Shown here piece by piece: positions 26,041 through 39,344 of a stretch of 64,000 nt of DNA. Source of the stretch: Stegostoma tigrinum (Eukaryota). The stretch is taken from contig NC_081391.1 in the NCBI RefSeq assembly GCF_030684315.1, forward strand, positions 20,420,629 through 20,484,628. Reading direction: 5' to 3'. A program made the position numbers and the translations under genes. Positions within the stretch are counted from its first letter, which is position 1. The number at the start of each line of letters is the position of its first letter. The notes beneath the pieces were generated by a model, which ran no database searches, was not told where the DNA came from, and worked only from the letters and a program-made list of their open reading frames with translations.

Positions 26041-26948
26041 CTCCCCAGCAACACATACAGCATGTATGTGGAAATGGCAGGTTAGGGGACTTGGGTGGGG
26101 AGTGGATCTTTTAAATTTGTGTGAGGAAATTGTTTTGAAATTGGAAATTAGTAGGTGCAATAAATTATGAACACTGAGAAGAGGCAACAACTTCTGGATG
26201 CATTGTCCTTTTGCATCAGCTTTTCATTCAGTTTCCAAATGGGATAAGTGATGGAGTAGATGCCTGTCATTTCCATGAGTGATGTCGGGGAGTGGAAGAC
26301 AGGAAGTAATGGAGATGAGTAGAAAATTGCATAATAGTTACATGGATGAATATGAATCTGTTTTGAGATCCATGCCAGATCTCCTCAAAAGGAAAATCAC
26401 TTTCAACTATCTAGCACAAGTATTTTGACGAGTTAGGCAAGAAGGCTGTTGTTCGTGTGGTCTACGTGGGCTTCCTAAAGACATGTAATGCAGTGCTACA
26501 CGCTAGATTTGTGAACAATGTTCAAGCCCCTGTACTGAATGGCAGCGCAGTGACAGGGATATGGAGTTGGCTGTGTTACTGGAAACATAAGTGATACTAA
26601 TGGATGCTCTTTGGACGAGGGGGATGGTTTGTAGTGGAGTTCCACGGGTTATGGGGAGGAGCCAGGCTTTACAAAAGTCAAGTAATGACTTATATCCTGG
26701 TATAAAGGATGCAATTTCAGAGTTTGTACGTGATAAGAAACTTAGAGTGAGGACCATGGTGTAGAACCTCAAAAGGGCACAGATATTGGTGGAATCGGCA
26801 AGCAAGTGGCAGATGAAGTTCAAAACAGTAAAAATGGTGGGAAAAGCATGTAGAGACAATACAAAATAAAAGGTGCATTTCTAAAGAGGGTACAGGAGTG
26901 AGTGAACTGCATGGTGTATTTGCATTCCACCATTGAAGGTGGAAGGAC

Positions 26949-28285
26949 CATCTCCAACACATCCCTCACCTTCCTGGACCTTTCTGTCTCCATCGCAGGC
27001 AACTACCTACAGACCGATGTCCATTTCGAGCCCACCGACTCCCACAGCTACCTGTAATACGCCTCCTCCAACCCACCTTCCTGCAAATACTCCATCCCCT
27101 ATTCCCAATTCCTTTGCCTCTGCTCCAAGGAGAGGCATTCCACTCCTGCACATCCCAGATGTCCTCGTTCTTACAGGACCGCCACTTCCCCCTTGCAGTG
27201 GGCGAGAATGTCCTCAATCGTGTCTCCCGCATTTCCCACAACTCATCCCTCACACACTACCCTCGCAATAACTTCCCCAAGAGGATCCCCCTAGTCCTCA
27301 CATACCACCCCACTAACCTCTGGATATAATGCATCGTCCTCCGACACTTCTGCCATCTACAATCTAACTCCACCACCAAAGACATTTTTCTATCCCCACC
27401 ATTGTCTGCTTTCGGAAAGACCATTCTCTCCACGACGTCCTTGTCCGCTCCACACTCCAGTCCAAACCCACCACACCCAGCACTTTCTGCTACAACCGCA
27501 GGAAGTGCTACACCTGCCCCCACACCTCTTCCCTCACCCCCATCCCAGGCCCCAAGATGACTTTCCACATCAAACAGATGTTCACTTGCACATCTGCCAA
27601 TGTGGTATACTGCATCTGCTGTACATGGCATGGCTTCCTCTACATTGGGGAAACACAGCGGAGGCTTGGGGACCGCTTTGCAGAACACCTACGCTCAGTT
27701 TGCAGTAAACAACTGCACCTCCCAGGCGCGCACCATTTCAACTCCCCCTCCCGTTCCTGAGACAACATGTCCATCCTGGTCCTCCTGCAGTGCCATAATG
27801 ATGCCACCCGTAGGTTGCAGGAACAGCAACTCATATTCCGCTTGGGAACTCTGCAGCCCATAGGTATCATTGTGGCTTTCGCCAGCTTCAAAATCTCCCT
27901 TCCTCCCACTGCGTCCCAAAACCAGCCCAGCTCGTCCCAGCCTCCTTAACCTGTTCTTCCTCTCAGCTAGCACCTCCATTTCCTACCTACTAACCTCACC
28001 CGGCCCCTTTGACCTGTCCATCCTCCCCGGACTGACCTATCCCCTCCCTACCTCCCCACCCATACTTTCCTCTCCACCTACCTTCTCCTCTATCCATCTT
28101 CGGTCCGCCTACCCCTCTCCCTATTTATTTCAGAATTCTCTCCCCATCCCCCTTTGCTGATGAAGGGTCTCGGCCCAAAACGTCAGCTTTTGTGCTCCTA
28201 AGATGCTGCTTGACCTGCTGTGTTCATCCAGCTCCACACTTTGCTATCTTGGATTCTCCAGCATCTGCAGTTCCCATTATCTCTG
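26949..28285 (+). mobile_element. 5'-truncated Penelope-like element (duplicate of 8547-9858)
   Basis: Same breakpoints; AGGAC at 26944-26948 and 28286-28290; GIY-YIG ORF 27557-27760. Confidence 0.9.
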
Positions 28286-29780
28286 AGGACTGTTCAAGAG
28301 AATGGTTCATAAAGCTCGCAGTGCCCTGAGCTTTATTAGTAGGGGCAAGTGTACAAGAGCAAGGTGATTATGCTGAACCTGCTTAAGTTTGACCCCAACA
28401 GGAATACTGTGTCTCATTCTGCACATCACACTGAAGGAAAGAGTGTAGGTATAGGAGAGAGTGCAGAAGAGGCTTACTGGAATGGCAACAGGAATGAGGA
28501 ATTTCAGGTGTGAGGATATATTGGAGAAGCTGGGACTTTTCTCTCTGGAAAGCAAACGGCTCAAATACGGATCCAGAAAGAACAAACAGGGGCACGATGT
28601 TCCCATTTGTGAAAGGGTCAGGTGCAAGAAGGCACAGGTTTAAAATTGGCAAAAGAAGCTGAAGTGATCTGCGAAAATAAAAACCTTCCAACACAGCGAG
28701 TGGATAGGGTGTGAAATGTATAGTCCGAGAGTGTGTTGGAGGCAGGTTCAATTCACGCATTCAAAAGGGAATAGGACTGATATCTGAAAGGGAATAACAT
28801 GGAGATTACAGGGACAGTGCAGGAGAATGGCAAGAGGTGAAACGCTCAGCGAGTTGGTGGTGGATACGATGGGCCGAATGGTCACCATCAGCACCGTAAT
28901 AACCGTGTGGCAGTGGGCAGATATGAAAGCCGAATTAAAAAGGCCAGAACGTGCTCAGTTTCCCCCCAAGCCGGCTGGGCAACAAAACAGCATGTGTTGT
29001 AATACAACAGCATAGAAGTGGCATCAGAGCACATTTGGAGCGCTGTGCTGAGCTCTGACAGGGTTATTTGAGGGACCTTAGCACAGATTCACCAGCATTT
29101 TCTCAGCCCCAAGCTGGTTACGTTATGAATACAGTTTACATCAACTAGCCTTGTCCTTGCAAAGTGTGGAAGACTCAAGAACGAATATTATCCAGGTACT
29201 TTGGATTATTAATGGATCTAATCGTGCCGTTAGACAATGTACTGTTTCCTGTGGCGAAGTAATCCTGGAAAAGGGGGAATAATCTTCAGATCAAAGCTAT
29301 GGTAATCAGTGATGATGCTTAATCTCAAACATTACAGTATCACTCCCAAAATTCTGCAAGCCCCTTGGACATTTCAAAACTGATTTGTTGAGCTGTGTTA
29401 GTTCACAATATGATGTGATGCAGAACCCAGGCAAAGGTATTAAATGAAGACTCAGACTCGCACCGATCCAGTTGAATTAGGGGACAGGTTTGAGAGGCTA
29501 AGTGCTCTCGTTATCACAGAATAATAATCTCAACCTGACTGTTACCCAAATCTCTGATTGACTCTGGGTCTCAGCACATTGCCCCACTCTCCTTCTCCTC
29601 TGTTCATTGGTGACTGGGTTCTTGCAGATTCCTGATTGGCTGTCAGAGATTGTCAATCATTGTTAGTGATGTCATTCCCTGGTTGGTGCAGGATGTTCTC
29701 TGGAGTATAAATACAAGAGCTTGTGGGAGGGAGACTCAGTTCTAGAGTTGGCCAAGTGATTGTGAGCAGGAACAGTGAGG

Positions 29781-31571
29781 ATGGCCTCCCAGGTGCATCA
29801 GAGCTACCACAAGGACTGTGAGGGTGTTGTTAACAAGCAGATCAACCTGGTGCTTTCTTTTTCCTATGTTTATCTCTCCATGGTGATTGTGATGTTCTCT
29901 GGATTTATTTCAGATTTAAAGCTGTGGTCTCCTTGTATTGTGGGTGTAGGATCTCTCTACATCATTCAATTCATGTTAGAATCTTCTGTGGCCTTCCCCT
30001 GATCTTGAGAAGTGAATAATCTTTCAATGGTTTGATCTTAATGTATGACCTGAGAAGTCTGTTTGTTTTTCTTTTTGTTCAATGTAATTGGATTTATTCT
30101 ATTGAATAGTTAGAGTAAGTCAATCTGCCCAGAGACCTGATCTCTTACTTCTAGAACATATGTGACCCTAGACCTCCAATCCCAGAGGGAGGAACACTCT
30201 CAATCTCTGGGTCTATTTGCTGTCAATACTTTACTAGTAAGCTTTGTAAGTTCACTTCAGAGTGGGGAACGCTGTTCTGTGTTGGAAGGTTTCCTCACTG
30301 AAGCTGAGCCATTTTCACTTAACCATATGGACTTTCAGAATGATGAGGTTTCATTTAATGCTTAATATTTGGAGTCAAGTATGAAATATTCATGCCCCCC
30401 CCCCCCCCCCCCCCCCCAACTTGTAGGAAGATGCTTGTTTCCCTTCCCTCCTGCTTTACAAGGAAAGAACCTCCACATATTCTGGTGTTGTTTTTGTTGT
30501 GATTTACAAGGGAGGCTTTCCTTTCCAGAACCTGCAGGCCTGACTGAAGAAGCATTTCAAGTAGAGAAGGATCTTTAACAGCAAACCCCAATGGGTTTCC
30601 CTGTTTACAATCCTTTCACTTTTACTGGGATGATGTTGCCCTGTGTCACTTTGCTGAGTTCTCATGGGACTACTCCTTGAAGGAATGGGAACATGTTGAG
30701 AAACTGATGGCATTCCAGAATGAATGTGGGTGCTGGGTCCTCCTGTAGGACATCAAGGTTGGGTTTAATGGAATGGGATCTCTTCCTCATGAAGACTTCT
30801 TTAAGCCTAGAATATTATTTCATTTTAATGCTTTGGATATAATCTCTCGGCTGTTGTACACTCTCTTAATGGGATGGAGGTCTTGTTGCTTTTTTCACTG
30901 GTTTCTTGCTTTTTAAGTGATGTCTTGTCTCTTACCATCCACCCCGATGCTGCCGCTTCAGAAGCCTGACCATGGCAATGGTCTGGAGGCAATGCAGGGA
31001 GCTCTGCAGATGGAGAAGGATGTGAACCAGAGTCTGCTGGATCTGCACAAACTCTCCTCTGGCCACACAGACCCTCATGTGAGTTCCTCCCTTTCTCTCC
31101 AAGAAGCTGCCTGGCCTTTCACTGCTAAATTCAGCAAGTAGGGCTGGTGGCCTTTCGAGCAACAAACTACCAGGATGACTTTCAAATTACAGGAAAGATG
31201 AATGTTTCCAACCTGAAAGTGATCTGTTTGTCTACTCCTGGGGGGAGGGGGAATACAATTGTCTCATAACTGCCTCCTGCAGACTGTTAAATCTACAACA
31301 GTCCAAATGAATCACCAGAGTGCCCCTCTCCCTCAACATGGCGGTGATTTGTTAAATCTGAATTGAGGGTCACTTCCAAATGTCTTCAATGGACTCCACT
31401 AACTTGTCTTGTCTTGTCTGCCAGCTGTGTGACTTCCTGGAGACGCACTACTTGGATGAGCAAGTGAAGATGATCAAAAAGCTGGGAGATCACATCACCA
31501 ACCTGAAGAGACTGGGAGCCCCTCAGAAGGGCAAAGGAGAGTATCTGTTTGACAGGTTCAGCCTGAGCTGA
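29781..31571 (+). pseudogene. Ferritin pseudogene, copy 6
   Basis: Exons 29781-29882, 30611-30757 (acceptor lost, inversion 30661-30682, TAG 30746-30748), 30962-31078 (9-nt deletion), 31425-31571 (open). TATA intact at 29706. Confidence 0.93.
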
Positions 31572-31697
31572 ATGAGGATTCAACAACTCCATTTGTTGTA
31601 CACTGGTGTTCTCGTGAAACTGCAGAGTGCACAAAAAGTGAATGAAAACATTGCTCATGTATCTGACTACTTTGAGTAACTGCTTCATTTATTTGGC

Positions 31698-34600
31698 TAC
31701 CTCAGGGAATCTCTCTCCAATTGCAACTCTCTTGTAATCTCTTCGGCCTTGAAACTGCTCGACCATGTCCTGAAGCAAACCAGGTACCACAGCCACATCA
31801 CCTTCCTCAGCACCTGCCTACGGAACCAGATCATCCCCAAGGGACTACAGTCCACATTTCAGCCTTCCCAATTTGGCCCCAACCGTGACTACCTCTACAC
31901 CCAGAACATTCAGACCCTTCAGCAGCGTTTCTCCCTGCAAGTCCTGAAACAGACACTCGCAGCCATGCGCCGGCACCTCCACACACTGCAATCCAGCCTG
32001 CCCCAGCTCAGAGCCTCCCTCTCCCAGACCTGCAAAGGACCCCTGCTATTTTTTATCCTCCGCAGGATCCACAGACTGAACACCCAGTTCCACCCAGCTT
32101 TACTGGACACCAAAAATCGTAAGTACATCAAACTCACTGGCCCCTGCCACCCACAAGAGGATTCCTGCGCCTCCCAAATCCCGAGTCTGTCCCTGCCCCT
32201 TCCCCACCATGCACCCGCCGCCATTGACCATGAGGACACGGCCGCAGACCCCACCGATGACGTCACATCCGCCTCCGCCAGCCACACCACTTCCGGGACC
32301 ACTGCTGCAGTCACCCTCACCGCAGCCGCTGCTGCCGCCCACCCCGACACTCCCACGGCCGACGCCGACGGAACCCTGCCCACGGCTGACGCCGACGGAA
32401 CCCCACCCACGGCCGACGCCCTCATCGCTCCGCCCACAACCTCCACAGCCAGCAACCTCAGAGAAGACGGCCACACTGAACCCTGCTGCATCTTCACCAT
32501 CCCCCCAGACCTCCCACTGACGGAGGATGAACGGTCAGTCCTTAGTAAGGGGCTCACCTTTGTCCCCCTACAACCGCACATCAACGAATACCAGTCACGG
32601 TTGGACATAGAACAGTTTTTCCACCGCCTTCGCCTCCACGCCTACCTCTTCAACCGGGAGCCTAACCCTCCCTCCACTGACCCCTTCACCCGCTTCCAAC
32701 ACAAGTCCTCCTCCTGGACACCACCCCCAGGCCTCCTACCCTCCCTCGACCTCTTCATCTCCAACTGCCGTCGAGACATTAACCGCCTCAACCTCTCCAC
32801 CCCTCTCACCCACTCCAACCTCTCCCCCGCAGAACGGGCAGCCCTCCGCTCCCTCCGGTCCAACCCCAACCTCACCATCAAACCCGCAGACAAGGGTGGC
32901 GCAGTGGTAGTATGGCGCACTGACCTCTACATCGCTGAGGCCAGACGCCAACTCTCCGACACCACCTCCTACCGCCCCCTCGATCATGACCCCACACCCG
33001 AGGACTAAACCATCATCTCCAACACCATTCATGACCTCATCACCTCAGGGGACCTCCCACCCACAGCCTCCAACCTCATTGTTCCCCAACCCCGCACGGC
33101 CCGTTTCTATCTCCTTCCCAAAATTCACAAACCTGCCTGCCCTGGTCGACCAATCGTCTCCGCCTGCTCCTGCCCCACCGAACTCATCTCCACCTATCTG
33201 GACTCCATCTTCTCCACTTTGGTCCAGGAACTCCCTACCTACGTCTGTGACACCACTCACGCCCTCCACCTCCTCCAGGACTTCCAATTCCCTGGCCCCC
33301 AACACCTCATCTTCACCATGGACGTCCAGTCCCTATACACCTGCATTCCGCATGCAGATGGCCTCAAGGCCCTCCGCTTCTTCCTGTCCCGCTGGCCCGA
33401 CCAGTCCCCCTCCACCGACACCCTTATCCGCCTAGCCGAACACGTCCTCACCCTCAACAACTTCTCTTTTGACTCCTCCCACTTCCTACAGACGAAGGGG
33501 GTGGCCATGGGCACCCGCATGGGCCCCAACTATGCCTGACTCTTTGTAGGTTACGTGGAACAGTCCCTCTTCCGCACCTACACAGGCCCCAAACCCCACG
33601 TCTTCCTCCGGTACATTGATGACTGTATCGGCACCGCCTCTTGCTCCCCAGAGGAGCTCTAACAGTTCATCCACTTCACCAATACCTTCCACCCCAACCT
33701 TCAGTTCACCTGGGCCATCTCCAGCACATCCCTCACCTTCCTGGACCTCAGTCTCCATCTCAGGCAACCAGCTTGTAACTGATGTCCATTTCAAGCCCAC
33801 TGACTCCCACAGCTACCTAGAATACACCTCCTCCCACCCACCCTCCTATAAAAATTCCATCCCCTATTCCCAAATCCTCCGCCTCCGCCGCATCTGCTCC
33901 CACGATAAGACGTTCCACTCCTGCACATCCCAGATGTCCAAGTTCTTCCAGGACCGCAACATTCCCCCCCACAGTGATCGAGAACACCCTCGACCGCGTC
34001 TCCCGTATTTCCCACAACATGTCACTCACACCCCGCCCCCGCCACAACCGCCCAAAGAGGATCCCCCTCGTTCTCACACACCACCCCACCAACCTCTGGA
34101 TACAACGCATCATCTTCCGACACTTCCGCCATCTACAATCCGACCCCACCACCCAAGACATTTTTCCATCCCCTCCCCTGTCTGCTTTCCGGAGAGACCA
34201 CTCTCTCCGTGACTCCCTTGTTCGCTCCACACTGCCCTCCAACCCCACCACACCCGGCACCTTCCCCTGCAACCGCAGGAAATGCTACACTTGCCCCCAC
34301 ACCTCCTCCCTCACCCCCATCCCAGGCCCCAAGATGACATTCCACATTAAGCAGAGGTTCACCTGAACATCTGGCAATGTGGTATACTGCATCCACTGTA
34401 CCCAGTGTGGCTCCCTCTACATTGGGGAAACCAAGCGGAGGCTTGGGGACCGCTTTGCAGAACACCTCCGCTCAGTTCGCAACAAACTACTGCACCTCCC
34501 AGTTGCAAACCATTTCCACTCCCCATCCCATTCTTTAGATGACATGTCCATCATGGGCCTCCTGCAGTGCCACAATGATGCCACCCGAAGGTTGCAGGAA

Positions 34601-35259
34601 CAGCAACTCATATTCCGCCTGGGAACCCTGCAGCCTAATGGTATCAATGTGGAATTCACCAGTTTCAAAATCTCCCCTTCCCCAACTGCATCCCTAAACC
34701 AGCCCAGTTCATCCCCTCCCCCCACTGCACCACACAACCAGCCCAGCTCTTCCCCTCCACCCACTGCATCCCAAAACCAGTCCAACCTGTCTCTGCCTCC
34801 CTAACCTGTTCTTCCCCTCTCCCACCCCCCCCTTCCCCTCTCCCACCCCCCCCTTCCCCTCTCCCACCCCCCCCTTCCCCTCTCCCACCCCCCCCTTCCC
34901 CTCTCCCACCCCCCCCTTCCCCTCTCCCACCCCCCCCCTTCCCCGCCCCTCTCCCCAAGCCGCAGCCCCATCTACCTACTAACTTCATCCCACCTCCTTG
35001 ACCTGTCCGTCTTCCCTGGACTGACCTATCCCCTCCCTACCTATACTCTCTCCACCCATCTTCTTTTCTCTCCATCTTCGGTCCACCTCCCCCTCTCTCC
35101 CTATTTATTCCAGAACCCTCACCCGATCCCCTTCTCTGAAGGGTCAAGGCCCGAAACGTCAGCTTTTGTGCTCCTGAGATGCTGCTTGGCTTGCTGTATT
35201 CATCCAGCCTCACATTTTGTTGTCTTGGATTCTCCAGCATCTGCAGTTCCCATTAGCTC
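31698..35259 (+). mobile_element. Near full-length Penelope-like retroelement (RT + Cys linker + GIY-YIG; Neptune-type architecture), disabled
   Basis: Long ORF from 31749 with LSKGLTFVP and IKPADKGGAVVVW; RT motifs TMDVQSLYT, GVAMGTRMGPNYA and YIDD (33612-33623); PCNRRKCYTC linker; VVYCIHCTQCGSLYIGET. Stops at 33006, 33537 and 34364 plus frameshifts. TSD TCATTTATTTGGC at 31685-31697 and 35260-35272. Confidence 0.95.
34811..34945. repeat. 21-bp C-rich minisatellite (CTTCCCCTCTCCCACCCCCCC, about 6 units) in the PLE 3' region
   Basis: Direct reading; preceded by a roughly 35-bp triplication at about 34675-34790. Confidence 0.9.
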
Positions 35260-38200
35260 TCATTTATTTGGCAGTTTATTATCTGATTGTTAAATCCCTT
35301 CGGCTTTTTGCTCTCTGCATTGAATCCATGCGTGCCCTGGCAATTTTTGTTCAGTTTCTGAATCCAGAGTCAGAACAATTTTTGAAATTGTTGCAGAAAT
35401 CACAACTGTTAAGCTCTTGGCTTGTAGGCAATGCTTACTATCTGTCTTGTCCTCACTGTGACAATTCTGAAAGAGTAGCCTCCAGTGAATACCTTCACCA
35501 AAATTGCTCCACTCTGTCTAACCGTTAGCCACTTAACTGGTGCCCTGTCCCTAGCAATGCTCCAACTTTCCGAAAAGCTGGGTTCAAACAAAATAGAAAT
35601 TGCTGGGGTTTGGGGGGCAGGTGCAGGTGGAAATTGGGATGTGTGTTGATGAAATCAGTTAATGGTTGAGTCTGGTGACTCCACAACTGAAGTCTGTCTC
35701 CAGGTGCTGTCAGGCCTCAGTTTTGCCAATAATCTTCTGTTAACTTTACTGGTAGAATCTAAGCATTAAAAATATTCCTTTATTAATAAGACTGTAACAG
35801 CAATAGCATCTGGCATGCAGGTTGCTTTTCTTCCATGCTTCTTTGAGCAAGCAATACACCACTGTTCTAGTTTCAAAAGCTAAGGAATTGGATTTTCTAA
35901 CAAGTTGTGACTGTAGGAGACTGTGTGAGGAATTTGCGCTCTGCTGTAACAGTGTCTCCTATCCTCAATGCCCACCTTGTCGCGTGTGGGACAAACGTGG
36001 CATAGTTCGTGTTCTTGCTCCAGCAATCAACTGCTGAAGACAGCTGGTGCAATTAAAGCTACATTTGCAGAGAAGGGGATCCGGGAGACTCTGGTTCACC
36101 TTCTTTTATCTGCAGAGTTCCCTTCATTGCCTCTAGGCTTCGGTTGGGAGGGGGGTCAGAGTAGAAGAGACACTTCACTCAATTTGCAGAAAGACCAACT
36201 TACAGCAGTCCTACATTTTTCTAACCCTTTCAGGGAAGGAAAGCAGTTGGCCGACAGCTGACTCACCACCCACACAGCAATGCAGCTGGCCATTTACTGT
36301 CAATCTTTGAGTAAGGAAGAGGTCGGGGATAGTGCCAGTGTAGCAGCAGAAGAGGGACTCTTCCACATATCCGACAGAAGCAGGCATAGCCCCTCTTACT
36401 ATGGACACCCCAGTACCTCTATTCTGGTATCCCTTCCACTCTCTCATCCACTCTACTCCCCATTAACCCCAGCCCTGTTCCCTGCAACTGCAGGAACAGC
36501 TGCACCATTCCCTGACCCCCATCGCCCCACCACCACATCCACCCTGTGTCTCCATTCAAAACATAAACAAACAAACCTTCGGCATCAGACACAGATCACC
36601 TGCACCTGTTTCAAGTTGGTCTATTGTATCGGCTGCACCCAATGTAGCCACCATGAGGGAGACAGTTTTTCTAGAGCATCTGCGCTCAATGAGCAACAAA
36701 CAACAACATTTTCAAATCGCAAAACGTCTTAACTTCTTCCCCCACGCTTCCCCCCTCCCCGCCGCCCCGATGACCTGTCCATCTTGGGTATCCTCCATTA
36801 TCACACCAATATCATTCGCAAACTGGAGGAGTAGCACCTCATTCTGCCTTGGGAGCTTACAGCCCAAGACACTAAATGTGAACCTTATTAACTTCAAAGT
36901 CTCCTCATCCCATAACCAATCCCCACCTCCTTGACCTGTTCATGTTCAGCTTCTCCCCCACCTCACTGACCACTCCCTACCTGCACTCACCCATCACCAT
37001 CCCACCTACCTTTCCCCAGTCCCACCCCTCCTCCTTATTTCTGAGCTTCCCCTTCCCCCTCCCAGTTTCTGAAGGGTCTCAGCCCGAAACATCAGCTTTC
37101 CTGCTCCTCTGATGCTGCCTGGGCTGCTGTGTTCCTCCGGCTCCGCACTTTGTTGCCTCTACCAGCACCCTTTGCCTTCCACCTTCGAGCCATTTCTGTA
37201 TCCAAATGGATAATTCTCCCTGGATTCCATGTGATCTCACTTTGCTAAACAGCTTACTATGAGCAACATTGTCAAACGCTTCATTGCAGTCCATGTAGAT
37301 CACTCCCACCACTCTGCCCTCATCATTGCTCTTCATCACTTCTTCAAAATACTCAATGAAGCTCATGAGGCAAAACTCAATCTACAGTCATACCATCTGA
37401 ATCCTGGAATTCTGTCCAAAATGGCATTATGGATCTCCCTGCACCAAATGGACAACAGCAATTCAAGAAGACAATAATAATTAGGGAAGTGCAATAAATG
37501 CTGGGCCAGCCAACAAAACCTTCATCCCATGAGGTAGAAAAGAAAAAGTAAGATGTGATTACTTTCCCCAAGGAGAGAAACTGGGGCCTTAACTTTTCCT
37601 TGGATTATAAATGTTACACATGAAGAAATAGACAGCCACAATTCAAATATTTGCTGATGGCATTACATCATGTGGCACTTTATCATGACAGTAGAATGTT
37701 TCAAACTTCCATGGAGTGGGGAAGACTGGCTGATACAGTTCAATAAGGGGAAGTGTGAAGTTATCCACTTCTGACCAAGAAAGGTGAGTCAGAGTGTTTT
37801 AGAAATGGGGACATCTTCTGCTGGTTTATCAAAACTAATGATCAAAATGAAACTGAGACAAGTGGACAGAAATGTATTGAAACTAGTGACGAGATATAAA
37901 AACACTGAACAAAGAAATTAATTCAATGTCAGTCCTGATCTCAAAGGGGTTTGAACACCTCTGGGTGGAGGTTTCTTTATGAAATTGTCAAGTTCTGGTT
38001 CAACCATCTCTGGAGATCTCATCTTCGGCAGGTTGGGCCTGAAGATGGTGCAGCCGATAATTTCCAGAATCAACTCAGAGATAAAGAGCTGGTTAAATGA
38101 TGATGGCAGCTTGCCCGAGTCCCTCAGTATGGAAGGTAAAGAGATGGCGGTAATTGAAAGTTTTAAGACCATTAATGGATTTGACAGGGTAGATTATGAG

Positions 38201-39344
38201 GAATTGTTTCATCTCAATGGGTCATCTAGGACGTAGGGTCTGGAATGGAAATAGAATCTTCAAATTAGTGCTAAACTGTCCAGGATAATGTCAGAAACAG
38301 CTTCTTCACAGAAGGGATAGTGGATAGTGGACACACGCGCGCACACACACACACACGTGGGGTGTCAGTTGAAGACTTCAAAATTAGGATCATTTGATTT
38401 TTATTGGGTAAGATTTGATGTTGGCAATCACTTTCTAATTTCAACACAAAAAAATGCAAGAAATGCATTTTGGTCGAAGAAACATGGAGACATGAAGAGA
38501 TAATACAGGTTCAATGGAACAACGTCAAGGTGAGTACAGGAGCAGGGAGCCCTCAGGATTTAAAACTACAATTCCCTGAAGGTGGCCAGGCAAGATGAAA
38601 CAGTCATGAAGAATGCTTATAGGAACCTTGTGTTTTTAAGGAGAGCCCAAGAGTATAAAAGCAAAGAAGTAATGCTACACCACTACACACCATTGGTCAG
38701 ACCGCATTAGAGTATTGTGTTCAATTCTGGGCACTGTTTGTAAGGGAGGGCATTAAAGCCCTGGACACAGTGCAAAGGAGATTTGCTGGAATGATACCAG
38801 GAAAGATTTTAAAAATTGGCCTTATCTCCTTGGAGCAGAGAAGATTAAAAGATGACCTGATTGAAATGTTCAAAATTCTGAACCATTTTGATACAGCCTT
38901 TCCAGCCTGCTCTGGCATCCCACATGATCATGGGTAATCCCTTAACTCAGTACCATCTTCACACTCTCTCTCCATACCCTTTGATCCCCATAGCCCTATC
39001 AGCTACATCTAACTCTTCAAAACCTTCAGTCTTTTGACCTCAACTGTTTCCTGTCCCAGACAATACAACAGACTCCCCACTGTCTGGCTGAAGACATTTC
39101 TCCTCATCTCAATCCCAAACAGACTACTCTATATCCTTAGACAGTGACCCTTGGTTCTGGGCGCATTGGTCATCAGAAACATCCTTCCTGTCTTTGTCCT
39201 GTTTGTTTCTGTTACAAATTTCTAGGAACTACCACCAATCTCCGACCTTTCTCTCCAATATCCCAGCAGAAACTGATTCTCCTTCATTGAGCACCTCCTG
39301 CAGTTGATCACAACAAGCTTAGTTTAAAAAGAAAGGCTTTAGTC

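Larger units (their letters stand above)
24658..39340 (+). repeat. Segmental duplication unit B
   Basis: Colinear with 6665-17262, plus two private insertions (CR1 25589-26040 and PLE 31698-35259). Confidence 0.9.

Noticed and set aside
29768-29785. CAGTGA in the copy 6 5'UTR as an IRE loop
   Set aside because: The flanks AGGAA and GGATG cannot pair; it is a T-to-C variant of the AATAGTGA seen in other copies.
31919-32608. 229-aa antisense ORF
   Set aside because: Shadow frame of the C-rich PLE ORF; no independent motif.
33537-34366. Two in-frame TGA codons at likely Cys positions of the PLE as selenocysteine (as in Naiad-clade PLEs)
   Set aside because: The same copy has TAA stops and frameshifts, sister copies have TGC at the second site, and I saw no SECIS. 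Ordinary decay is simpler.
34665-34988. Gly-rich ORFs (GEGGGGR and GEGKGGV repeats)
   Set aside because: These are translations of the 21-bp minisatellite.
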